From a virus: a stretch of 64,000 bases of DNA. The stretch is taken from IMG/VR virus record IMGVR_UViG_3300025161_000006, positions 18,060 through 82,059 of that record. One strand, given 5' to 3'. Position numbers and translations under genes: made by a program. Below the pieces are notes generated by a model. It was given only the letters and a program-made list of their open reading frames with translations, was not told the DNA's origin and did not search any database. Of the stretch, positions 40,878 to 49,402 are shown piece by piece. The stretch's first letter is position 1. Every line of letters starts with the position of its first letter.

Positions 40878-41363
40878 TTACTTTTTAAGTTTTTTATAGA
40901 AGTTCTTCAATGCAGGTTGATGCTTGACCAAAAATTTCCAATCTTTTTTACGCAATATAGTGAATTTATAATATTCAACAAATTGCGGTCTTTCAAGCAA
41001 TAATACAATCCAATCAAATCTATCTAATTTCTCCCAATTACAAATATTTGCAAATTGTGGTTGATGGGATACCAGATAAACCCAATTATATCCCTCAAGT
41101 TTATCCCATTGACACAGTTCAGCATATTTAGGCTGATGTGATAAAAGACTTGCCCAATCTATTCCACTTAATTTATCCCATGGACAATGTTCTTCAAACT
41201 GAACATAACCTCTGGAAAGTCTCCATAATCTTAATTTGAGTGGACACCTTTCAAATACTTCCTGTAAATTCTTACAATAATGATTGAATTCCTTACCTTC
41301 TTCACAAGACTCATTTATTTCCCACTCTTTATGGAGTTCTTCAAGTGTATTAAAGGTTTTCAT
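40878..41363 (-). CDS. Trp/Cys 24-aa repeat protein, paralog B1
   Basis: Four repeats. N-terminus MKTFNTLEELHKEWE identical to B2. Confidence 0.7.
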   Translation of the reverse strand: MKTFNTLEELHKEWEINESCEEGKEFNHYCKNLQEVFERCPLKLRLWRLSRGYVQFEEHCPWDKLSGIDWASLLSHQPKYAELCQWDKLEGYNWVYLVSHQPQFANICNWEKLDRFDWIVLLLERPQFVEYYKFTILRKKDWKFLVKHQPALKNFYKKLKK

Positions 41364-41373
41364 AATTCACTTT

Positions 41374-41967
41374 TTAATTTAACTTTTTATTTAAAATCTT
41401 TAAAGCATATTTTCGCCATTTATTTTTATGCTCGGAACAATATTCTTCTAAATATTCTGCATATTCCCAATTAAATTTTTCAGGGTCAAACCATTTGTCA
41501 AAATGTTGTGGACAATACACAACTAAATAATATGAATATTCCCAATTAAACTTTTCAGGGTCAAACCACTTATCAAAATATTTTGAACAATACATAGCTA
41601 AATAATGTAAATATTTCCAACTATATTTTTTAGGATTGAACCATTTGTCAAAATCATTTTTAATATGATATTTTTTACCCAATATAATTTTATCTGTCCT
41701 CCATTTATCACCTTCAGGGTCTTTTACCACTCTTGCATCTTCTGGTATTGTTATTTCTCTAATCCAAGTACCATAATCGAAAAATTTGGGCAAATTTTCA
41801 TAATCGGTAAAATAAAAACCACCAGGAACACAAGAAGCAGTTGAATCATCATTAAATTTTTGTTTAAGAATGTTTAACCCATCCTTGTACCGGTAACCAT
41901 TATGAATTTCATTCTTTTTAGTTACTTTGTAATAAGTTTTACTGTAGTCAAATTTTTCTTGTGCCAT
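41374..41967 (-). CDS. Hypothetical protein, paralog A1 (conserved N-domain plus three 25-aa WFDPEKFNW repeats)
   Basis: 197 aa with internal tandem repeats. Confidence 0.75.
   Translation of the reverse strand: MAQEKFDYSKTYYKVTKKNEIHNGYRYKDGLNILKQKFNDDSTASCVPGGFYFTDYENLPKFFDYGTWIREITIPEDARVVKDPEGDKWRTDKIILGKKYHIKNDFDKWFNPKKYSWKYLHYLAMYCSKYFDKWFDPEKFNWEYSYYLVVYCPQHFDKWFDPEKFNWEYAEYLEEYCSEHKNKWRKYALKILNKKLN
41430..41656. repeat. 75-bp coding tandem repeat, about 3 copies
   Basis: ATATT(C/T)CCAA recurs at 41461, 41536 and 41611. Confidence 0.85.
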
Positions 41968-42004
41968 AATTTAATTTTTTAAAGTTTATCCTTAATGGCA
42001 TTAC

Positions 42005-42238
42005 TTATTTATCCCAATTTCCAAATTCAATATAATCAGACCATGGTTCAGGAATTTCCATTATTTCATTGTTCCTAACAAAAAAGTTTTTGCTTGTAAA
42101 ATTATTTTCACAATTAATGTAAACTCCTTTTATTTTGGAGCTTTTCAATCTTGCTAATGAGTATATAACTATTTCTAAATCAGTCCCATACTCTTTTACC
42201 CAATTTTCCAAAAACGTTTGAAAAGTAGTTGTTTCCAT
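42005..42238 (-). CDS. Hypothetical protein
   Basis: 77-aa ORF with an ACT-ATG start context. Confidence 0.55.
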   Translation of the reverse strand: METTTFQTFLENWVKEYGTDLEIVIYSLARLKSSKIKGVYINCENNFTSKNFFVRNNEIMEIPEPWSDYIEFGNWDK

Positions 42239-42274
42239 AGTATCTTATATTTAATGTTATTGGTACTATTTTAA

Positions 42275-42628
42275 TTATAATTTTTTAACCAATGAATACG
42301 AATATTTATACTCCATAAACACTTCAAACCCATTACTAAAATATAGATTTACTGCTTTATAATTAGCTTTTTCAACCATTAAGGTAATAATGCTTAATTT
42401 TAACTTGTTTTTTACATAATCAAATATTTTATTGAGTAATTGTTTTCCATAACCTTTTCCTTGAAAGGGTTCAAATACTTCCAGATTACAAACTGATACG
42501 TAATTTTCATCAAAAAATTCATCTGGCAATTCAATGCTAAGTTCAGCTCTTGCAATCCAAGTACCATCTTCAAACAGTTTAAGTGAATGGTTTTTATTTG
42601 CAAGCTTATAAGCTTTAAGTGTTTTCAT
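42275..42628 (-). CDS. GNAT-family acetyltransferase
   Basis: LEV...FQGKGYGKQLL acetyl-CoA motif A, and N..AVNLY...GF. Confidence 0.9.
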   Translation of the reverse strand: MKTLKAYKLANKNHSLKLFEDGTWIARAELSIELPDEFFDENYVSVCNLEVFEPFQGKGYGKQLLNKIFDYVKNKLKLSIITLMVEKANYKAVNLYFSNGFEVFMEYKYSYSLVKKL

Positions 42629-42648
42629 ACTATACAGTATACATAGTA

Positions 42649-42957
42649 TTAAGGTAATATGTTTAGATAGTGAGTAACAAAGAAGTCATAAGCAGATAGC
42701 CCTGACTTCCTTACTTTCTCGTTGAATGTATTTACCATCTCTACTATGATAGCTTTGTTCTTTCTCATAATAGTAAATATCCTTGGGTCTTCACAGTTGT
42801 CAAGATAACATACATAGATAGTTTCGGACTTTGTTATGAAAGGCCAGGTTAAATTTTCATACTTATCTTTATGAGTAGAAATCTCCTCCTTTAGGATATT
42901 ATAGATTTCCTCATAAGGTGTTGGGGTAGTTACTTTAGGTAAATCTTTTGTGTTCAT
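42649..42957 (-). CDS. Hypothetical protein
   Basis: 102-aa ORF. Confidence 0.55.
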   Translation of the reverse strand: MNTKDLPKVTTPTPYEEIYNILKEEISTHKDKYENLTWPFITKSETIYVCYLDNCEDPRIFTIMRKNKAIIVEMVNTFNEKVRKSGLSAYDFFVTHYLNILP

Positions 42958-42968
42958 ATTTTAACTTT

Positions 42969-43238
42969 TTAAGGACGTTCATTATATGCATTTATTTGAG
43001 CCTTATCAATCTTTTTTGGTAGCTCTTCAGAATAGGCATTGCCAATATTAATATGTTTTCCTTCATAAAATAAAAGGGTATATACATCCATTATATCAGC
43101 AGGAATATGAAAATAATCTCCCCCGAAGCAATAAACAAAGGTAGCCTCGTTATTTTGTTGCTCAAGGAATGTAACTTTATCTGTGTCAATAATAAAAGTT
43201 TTTTTGCTAAACTGCGAATAAATTTCAATTTTCTTCAT
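42969..43238 (-). CDS. Hypothetical protein
   Basis: 89-aa ORF. Confidence 0.55.
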   Translation of the reverse strand: MKKIEIYSQFSKKTFIIDTDKVTFLEQQNNEATFVYCFGGDYFHIPADIMDVYTLLFYEGKHINIGNAYSEELPKKIDKAQINAYNERP

Positions 43239-43255
43239 GATTGAACTGTTTTAGA

Positions 43256-43558
43256 TTATACATTAAATATGTTAGATGCCTCATAACCAGCTTTGCTTAG
43301 TATATCTTTTATTATATTATCAGCATATTCCTTTTTTAATTGTTTTAAAATTTCACTTCCAATTAAAGAATCTGAAGAAAACGTATTCTTAAGCGAAAAA
43401 TCAAATTCTTGGCCATTTTCTTTTGTTCCTTTAATGCGTATATGCCGTAAGTGATAAGGTAGAATTTCTATGAATTTCTTTATTAATTCATAAAGCTCTT
43501 GCTTAGCTTGGTAGGTAGCAAGCGCATCAATAGCCTCATTTAATCTGTTGGTTTCCAT
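43256..43558 (-). CDS. Hypothetical protein
   Basis: 100-aa ORF. Confidence 0.55.
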   Translation of the reverse strand: METNRLNEAIDALATYQAKQELYELIKKFIEILPYHLRHIRIKGTKENGQEFDFSLKNTFSSDSLIGSEILKQLKKEYADNIIKDILSKAGYEASNIFNV

Positions 43559-43622
43559 AGTTGTAAATTTTTAAGATTAATAACCTAATTTATCTGGGGT
43601 TGTAATTAACCATTTTTATATA

Positions 43623-43946
43623 CTATCTCCAGGATTCTGGGCAGATAACAATTACAGTAGCCCCTTCACGTTCTAATACATACTTATGTCCAGGTTGTCC
43701 TTTTAAATCATTAAAGTAACATTCACTTATATAAGCATGTTCAATTTCAGGTAATTCATTTTGGCAATCTTCTACTTCTTTCTTATCTACTACCTCAAAA
43801 TCAGTTGGAAGTACTAATTTACTTCCTAAAGGTGTTATTACAGGTAATCCTTCTTGATTCCCCCAATGACAAGATATTAGAAGACTAGACTCTGGATATA
43901 TAACTATGCCAGAACTTTTATTGGTAACATCATATAGTCTTTTCAT
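43623..43946 (-). CDS. Hypothetical protein
   Basis: 107-aa ORF. Confidence 0.55.
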   Translation of the reverse strand: MKRLYDVTNKSSGIVIYPESSLLISCHWGNQEGLPVITPLGSKLVLPTDFEVVDKKEVEDCQNELPEIEHAYISECYFNDLKGQPGHKYVLEREGATVIVICPESWR

Positions 43947-43957
43947 AAGGTAAAGAT

Positions 43958-44188
43958 TTAAAGAGATTTAAGAATACTCTTTAGCTCATCTTCTATATTT
44001 TCAAAAGATAAGGCTAAAATACATGAGGCAAAAGCTAATGTTTCACCTGAATATCTCTTACATAATTCTCTGTAAGCTTCTGATTTTTTGTCACAGGAGA
44101 ATACCAACTCTGCACAAAGGTCAATAATCTCATCCTTTGTTTCTTTAGGAATATCTAAGGCTTCCCAAAGTGTTTTTTCTTTTTCTAT
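43958..44188 (-). CDS. 76-codon ORF with an ATA start (or start-lost pseudogene), paralog of 63344-63589
   Basis: IEKEKTLWEALDIPKETKDEIIDLCAELVFSCDKKSEAYRELCKRYS... with no ATG and an in-frame TAA 6 codons upstream. Confidence 0.55.
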   Translation of the reverse strand: MEKEKTLWEALDIPKETKDEIIDLCAELVFSCDKKSEAYRELCKRYSGETLAFASCILALSFENIEDELKSILKSL

Positions 44189-44213
44189 AGTAATATATTT
44201 TAGTTATTTTTAT

Positions 44214-45137
44214 TTAAGGTAGCATTGCAACATATCTTAATACAGTCTTGTCAGGTGTAATATCATTATCTCTGTAATGAACCATATATCTGTCAGATGT
44301 ATTATTAAGTTCAGTACTCCACCTATATCCTGTTACTGGATTATAGATGATGTCAAGAATTTTAGCCAGTAATGTCTTTCCGCACAATCCTAATATTACA
44401 GCATTACCCACATCCATTTTGATATATATCCACTGTAATATCTTCTTACCTATACTATTAGGAAGTACATGTAATTGCCAGGCTGCTATGTGACGTGCAT
44501 AAGCAGGGAATAACAACTTAGCCCATTTATTGTAGGTTTTTTTGCCACAGAAAGATTCATCAAGACGGCTTAACATATATAGTTCTTCTCTGTCTAACCT
44601 GAATATTACCCTTACTGCATAGTTCCATAGCATAGTAAAGAACATCTGGGGTATCATAATAAGATAATAGATGAAGTTCCATATCCTACTTGATAATATT
44701 ATCCTTGCTGATTTAGAAAATAACTCTTCTGAGTTTTTAACTACATCTCTTAGCACAATATTTTCCCATATCCACATATCAATAGTTCTGTTAAATTTAT
44801 CAGATACTGCCCACTTCCTAAACCTTATAAATAGTCTTGCGTAAATTTTAAATGCTGGGTCATCTATTTCACGGTATGCTTTACTCATTGCCATCACCCA
44901 GTAAATAGTATGGTCTCTTGAAGTATCATAGTGGTCTTGACAGGTTGGATGTCTATATAGGCGCATAGTTTTTTCTGCAACATTAAATGTTGCAGTATGC
45001 AGAAGTGAATGAGCATATTCAGGTTTACCTGTAGCCATATACATTAGAGCTAATGTGCCTATGCTATCTCCCTTACCTTCATCTACAGTATTAGATGAGT
45101 CAAGGATAAAACCATAATTGTCAATATATCTTGCCAT
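44214..45137 (-). CDS. Hypothetical helical enzyme-like protein (GDS / RHP / SRDH motifs)
   Basis: Likely start MARYIDN at 45137 (the ORF extension to 45182 overlaps a terminator). Confidence 0.6.
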   Translation of the reverse strand: MARYIDNYGFILDSSNTVDEGKGDSIGTLALMYMATGKPEYAHSLLHTATFNVAEKTMRLYRHPTCQDHYDTSRDHTIYWVMAMSKAYREIDDPAFKIYARLFIRFRKWAVSDKFNRTIDMWIWENIVLRDVVKNSEELFSKSARIILSSRIWNFIYYLIMIPQMFFTMLWNYAVRVIFRLDREELYMLSRLDESFCGKKTYNKWAKLLFPAYARHIAAWQLHVLPNSIGKKILQWIYIKMDVGNAVILGLCGKTLLAKILDIIYNPVTGYRWSTELNNTSDRYMVHYRDNDITPDKTVLRYVAMLP

Positions 45138-45159
45138 ATACTCTCTTATTTGGGTTAAA

Positions 45160-45197
45160 CATAAACAAAGGAGAGAGCACATGGCCCTCTCCTATGG
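45160..45197 (-). terminator. Probable Rho-independent terminator
   Basis: - strand AGGAGAGGGC-CATGT-GCTCTCTCCT followed by TTGTTT, just after the stop at 45198. Confidence 0.6.
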
Positions 45198-45377
45198 TTA
45201 ATAAAGTGCATACTCCTTACTTTTTAATACTGCATATACAGTCTCAATGTAATAAGGAGGAAGATTGTATCTTTTCATACACAAATCCATATATTTGCGT
45301 GCTGCAGGTAACTGTTCCTTTCTGGTGCAATCGTTAATTACACGCAGGAGCTTAATTACAATATCATTCAATGTCAT
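45198..45377 (-). CDS. Small hypothetical protein (59 aa, not in the ORF track)
   Basis: MTLNDIVIKLLRVINDCTRKEQLPAARKYMDLCMKRYNLPPYYIETVYAVLKSKEYALY*. Overlaps the upstream gene end and is followed by a terminator. Confidence 0.65.
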   Translation of the reverse strand: MTLNDIVIKLLRVINDCTRKEQLPAARKYMDLCMKRYNLPPYYIETVYAVLKSKEYALY

Positions 45378-45825
45378 GGCTGTAATGAGTTATAACTATG
45401 GCAAAAGCTTCTGATTTAAGTATTTGCTGTACAGACCATCTCTTGCCTACCCAGAAGTGGCGTGTAAATGCTGCTTTATCCAGCAAAAAAGCCTGATATA
45501 GTTCATATGTATTGGACAGGTCAAGGTCCGGTGGATATACTGCTCTGGTAATAACTATGTCATCAACAGTCTTATCATTATCTGCCACTAACCTCCAGAA
45601 GTCTCTCATACAATCATCCAAGCCTACAAGTGAACTCTTATACAGAGCAATGTATACATCTTGAGCATTCTCAGTCCATTCCTCAGGATTATTTAATCTT
45701 ATAAAGCTACCCCAATGCGGGTCATCATCTTGTGGTACAGCTTGTGATGGGGAAAAGCCACGAATTTGAGAAAATACAGTTAAAGAAGTTAATGCAAATA
45801 GCATTAAAAGAAATAATCTTTTCAT
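45364..45825 (-). CDS. Secreted/periplasmic protein
   Basis: Signal peptide MKRLFLLMLFALTSLTVFS|Q. Confidence 0.65.
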   Translation of the reverse strand: MKRLFLLMLFALTSLTVFSQIRGFSPSQAVPQDDDPHWGSFIRLNNPEEWTENAQDVYIALYKSSLVGLDDCMRDFWRLVADNDKTVDDIVITRAVYPPDLDLSNTYELYQAFLLDKAAFTRHFWVGKRWSVQQILKSEAFAIVITHYSHDIE

Positions 45826-45855
45826 AATACAAAACTTTAAATTGTTAATACTTGG

Positions 45856-46857
45856 TTATTCAAGGTCTTCTGGACTTATGAACACCTCATCATTTATTGA
45901 GTTAGGTGCAGAAGTCCAATCATTTGTTTTAATCCTTCTAATAGCTTCAGCAAGCAATGACTTGATAGACTTGCCTTCTTTAGCATCATAATAGAATATA
46001 GTATGAGCAAGCTTTGGTGGAAGATAATATGCTGTAACATTTCTTCTTCCTGTCTTCTCTATTGCTATGAAAGCAGAAGTACGTATCATTGGTTTTGAGC
46101 TATCTGAAGATAAGTGCTTGGTTAGAAGGTACTCATAGAAAGCCAGTTGATAATGTAGACTATACTTCTTGATGCTGGTTATAAAATCACCTGTATAAGT
46201 CTTTATATCAACCACACGATATGAACCGTCCTTGTACTTAATGACCATATCCAGCAATCCCTTGATTGGATATTTATCATAAGTCTCTTCACAGACATAC
46301 TCTCCTACAAGGGGCACTTGATACTCAATAGATTCTACATCTTTGAATATCTCTGACCCGGTCTTGAAAGATTCATATGCTTCAAGTAACTGCATGGCTT
46401 TCTCATGGTCATCTCTTGTGATGATGACTCTATCTGTTGACTCGGCAATGTACTTTACATCAATATAAGATTTTGCCTTAGCAACAGCATTAAGTATAGT
46501 AGCAGCCTTCCATGATGGATTAAACCCAACCCTATCCCTTGCTGTAAAGATGAGAGTTTCTTCATCCAGACCAGAGTCTTTATTCTCAATCTTCAACCTT
46601 ACAATCTCATCAGCAAAGTCTTTCATACCTGGTGTTAGCCTCGGCAAGTCCACAATGATAAATCTATCTTCTACCTCTTCAGGACTTGTGATAAGAGCAT
46701 CTACATAAGACCCAAAGTCAAGTGCCTGACTCTTTCTCTCCTCTTTGTTAGTTAACATCTCATATACTCCATAGGGGTCCTTTGCTAATTGTATTAGCAT
46801 GCTTGCATTGATACCCTCAATTTTGGAGTATTCTTCATACTTACTACTCTTACTCAT
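45856..46857 (-). CDS. PD-(D/E)XK exonuclease (RecE/Exo VIII-like)
   Basis: NASML, FGSYVD, KGLLD...VVDIKT and YQLAFY motifs. Confidence 0.85.
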   Translation of the reverse strand: MSKSSKYEEYSKIEGINASMLIQLAKDPYGVYEMLTNKEERKSQALDFGSYVDALITSPEEVEDRFIIVDLPRLTPGMKDFADEIVRLKIENKDSGLDEETLIFTARDRVGFNPSWKAATILNAVAKAKSYIDVKYIAESTDRVIITRDDHEKAMQLLEAYESFKTGSEIFKDVESIEYQVPLVGEYVCEETYDKYPIKGLLDMVIKYKDGSYRVVDIKTYTGDFITSIKKYSLHYQLAFYEYLLTKHLSSDSSKPMIRTSAFIAIEKTGRRNVTAYYLPPKLAHTIFYYDAKEGKSIKSLLAEAIRRIKTNDWTSAPNSINDEVFISPEDLE

Positions 46858-47749
46858 TGGTTGTTTGCTTTAAATTATTACCTATTGTTATTACTTCAGT
46901 TGCAATTTTCTCAAGTACTTCAGGACGAATTACATGAAGTAGCTTATCAGCCAGTCCATCCACACGTTCAACAAGTATGCAGGAGTCATTACCACTTGTA
47001 GCAAGTTTCTTATTCATAACTTTTGCTGAGTAAATTAAGTTTCCTACTACATTCCGCATAAGCCTATTAATGTACTTACCATACTTAAGGAAGAACGTGT
47101 CAACATAGATGATGTTAGAGTATTGCATAGATAATGTAAAATGGTTGCTGTACTGATGCTTTGCTACGTATGCTTTTAACAATATAAAAGGCATTATTAT
47201 CCTTGGGATATAAATCTTCTTATCATCCACAATGAGATAATCAAATGCATTATTAATAATGATGGGAGCACTTTGAGTTCCTGCCATATACATAGCACCA
47301 CATGCTGTTACTGCTACCTCTCCTAATGTTAAAGGGCTGTGAAGTGGAAAGATAGCACGCTGCTCAGGTTTAACTGAAACTGCTAATCTGGGATAACTTA
47401 ATCTGGTAACCTCACTAGATGTAGTAGCCCATTCGTATGGTCCTGGTAATATGATAGCTTCCCAATTAGTAATCTTTATTGTACTATCTGAATAATAACA
47501 GATGCTATACCTCTTTGGTAGTTGACTGGTTAATATATAAAACATAGGATACCTTGGATGGCCTTCTCTGTCATAATCAACAAGTACACTACCATTAAGA
47601 CCTGATATCATAGGAACCTCAGCTTTGTCCGAGGCTCTAGTTACGCGCTCTGTGCTGACAATAACCCGTGCTCTACTATTCATTTTGTCAATATCAACCA
47701 TTTTATCATCCTCATAAGGCGCTCTGATTATCTTGGGTGCTGTTATCAT
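46850..47749 (-). CDS. Hypothetical protein coupled to the E1 gene
   Basis: 299 aa, overlaps both neighbours. Confidence 0.6.
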   Translation of the reverse strand: MITAPKIIRAPYEDDKMVDIDKMNSRARVIVSTERVTRASDKAEVPMISGLNGSVLVDYDREGHPRYPMFYILTSQLPKRYSICYYSDSTIKITNWEAIILPGPYEWATTSSEVTRLSYPRLAVSVKPEQRAIFPLHSPLTLGEVAVTACGAMYMAGTQSAPIIINNAFDYLIVDDKKIYIPRIIMPFILLKAYVAKHQYSNHFTLSMQYSNIIYVDTFFLKYGKYINRLMRNVVGNLIYSAKVMNKKLATSGNDSCILVERVDGLADKLLHVIRPEVLEKIATEVITIGNNLKQTTNE

Positions 47750-48488
47750 GGGTAAAATCCTCCAATGTTAATAGTTTACGTGTAAACATCATACCCTGTT
47801 CAGAATAATATACAGGTACTACATAGTCACTGCCGTGTTTATATGCTATGAAAGCAGTTATTCCATGCACAATCTTTGCAGCTATATTAGCTGCAAAGTG
47901 TGTAGTAGACTTGAATGAACATGGCAAGTCCATACCTTCACCTTCAGCAAATAGACTTCCTTTATAGAATTCTATAATTCTATCATATACATCTGCAGGT
48001 ACAGAATTTGGTCCTGATACAAAGTAAATCTCAAAAGACTCTGCAGTTAGTCTTGCATCTATGAGCATCCCAATCTCTTCTGTATGAGTCATGTTTCTCC
48101 ATGTATCATACAGAGTTTGCCTGGATGTAATGCTGTCTGTAGCTGCAATGACTATATCATAATCACCTACATGATAATCACGTTCAATCCAATTAGCACG
48201 TGATTCTACAACTATATTTGAAGGAGCATATAGTGCAATAGCTCTACCTATTGCATTTACCTTGAGGCTCCCCACATCTCTTATTGAATATAGCTGTCCT
48301 GCCAGATTCAAAGGTGATACATAATCAAAGTCTACAAGCATTATTCTGTCGAATATGCCTGTTCTTGCAAGAAAGAGAGCTGTCCATGAGCCTATGCTAC
48401 CAACACCTACTATAGCTGCACTTAGTTTATCCTGGGATGACTTTGCCCAGGGTGCAGCGCTAAATCTAAATGTATGCTGTTGTTCCAT
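47712..48488 (-). CDS. ThiF/MoeB/E1-like adenylating enzyme
   Basis: GVGSIG, DFDYVSPLNLAGQ, K, TDSITSR and DARL motifs. Single Cys190 (LPCSFKST) and no Zn CxxC pairs. Confidence 0.92.
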   Translation of the reverse strand: MEQQHTFRFSAAPWAKSSQDKLSAAIVGVGSIGSWTALFLARTGIFDRIMLVDFDYVSPLNLAGQLYSIRDVGSLKVNAIGRAIALYAPSNIVVESRANWIERDYHVGDYDIVIAATDSITSRQTLYDTWRNMTHTEEIGMLIDARLTAESFEIYFVSGPNSVPADVYDRIIEFYKGSLFAEGEGMDLPCSFKSTTHFAANIAAKIVHGITAFIAYKHGSDYVVPVYYSEQGMMFTRKLLTLEDFTHDNSTQDNQSAL

Positions 48489-48499
48489 ATGAAAGTAGT

Positions 48500-49402
48500 T
48501 TAATAATCAAATCCTCGTCCATATAAGTCTCTCCATACAGAGTCTTCATGGGTAAGACCCGTTGCTTTATTTATTTTCGAGCCTTTTGTAGTATACTCTT
48601 TCACTGGCTCAGGCTGCCAATGATAAGCAGGGTTATAACCTGTATTATAAGAAGGATACTTGGGTTTGCTGTTTGTTGTAGCCATGACAGAGAGAGCTTC
48701 TGTGAAAGCATTTTCTTCAGGTTCTTCCATTTCTACATTAACATCAAATGTCTCTATTCCTATTGTTTCCTCAGTAGATTCTTCTGTAGCAATAGTTTTT
48801 CTTAGTGGTTCTCCTGTGATAGGATTCTTACACTCAGCATAACCTGTTTTTCTTATCACTACACTCTCTTTAACTGGAATAGCTATCTTAGCTACTACGT
48901 CAAGATTATTGTTTACAATGACAGACAGGTATGTTTCATACACGTCAACATTATTAATAAGTTCAGTTGTATCTGTAGTACTGAAGAATACAGCCATGGT
49001 GTTATGAGAATGTATCAATCCATACTTGCACTCTTGCAAGTGTTCGTATTTATCGTACAGTTCAATAAGCTCTTTCTCCAGTGTTGCAGATACAGCTGCT
49101 CCTGTGCCTGTAGCAATAGGGATAAGCTCAACAGCAGTCATAAGAATCTCTACTTTACCTTTGGTTGGTGAAGATACTTCTGACTTGTAGAATAATAGTC
49201 CCTGCCACTCAATATTATAGTTAGTAAGGCACATAAGTTGTATCTTACTTACAATATCACTTGGTATGAAGAGTTTTGCTCTAATGTATTCAAGTTCTTT
49301 AGTGAATAAGTTTTCACCCTGGTACCTAGCTTCTACTTTTGCTTCGTACCCTGCGTACTTTTTTGTGTTCATAGTAGCCGTTTTTTTCTTTTGTTTTTTC
49401 AT
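48500..49402 (-). CDS. JAB/MPN+ metalloprotease (deubiquitinase-like)
   Basis: EWQG...HSHNTMAVFFSTTD is the E...HxH-x7-S-x2-D motif. Start may be MNTKKY at 49372. Confidence 0.9.
   Translation of the reverse strand: MKKQKKKTATMNTKKYAGYEAKVEARYQGENLFTKELEYIRAKLFIPSDIVSKIQLMCLTNYNIEWQGLLFYKSEVSSPTKGKVEILMTAVELIPIATGTGAAVSATLEKELIELYDKYEHLQECKYGLIHSHNTMAVFFSTTDTTELINNVDVYETYLSVIVNNNLDVVAKIAIPVKESVVIRKTGYAECKNPITGEPLRKTIATEESTEETIGIETFDVNVEMEEPEENAFTEALSVMATTNSKPKYPSYNTGYNPAYHWQPEPVKEYTTKGSKINKATGLTHEDSVWRDLYGRGFDY

Noticed and set aside
39364-41967. CRISPR array or diversity-generating retroelement TR/VR pair
   Set aside because: The repeats are in-frame coding repeats or whole-gene duplications. 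Differences are not adenine-specific, there are no spacers, and no reverse transcriptase lies in the window.
45198-45363. Possible structured ncRNA in an apparent intergenic gap
   Set aside because: The gap is filled by a 59-aa ORF (45198-45377) below the track cutoff, and the short stems are weak.
47712-48488. ThiF/MoeB as a thiamine or molybdopterin biosynthesis auxiliary gene
   Set aside because: No pathway partners, no Zn-binding CxxC pairs, and the E2-like and JAB neighbours favour conjugation.
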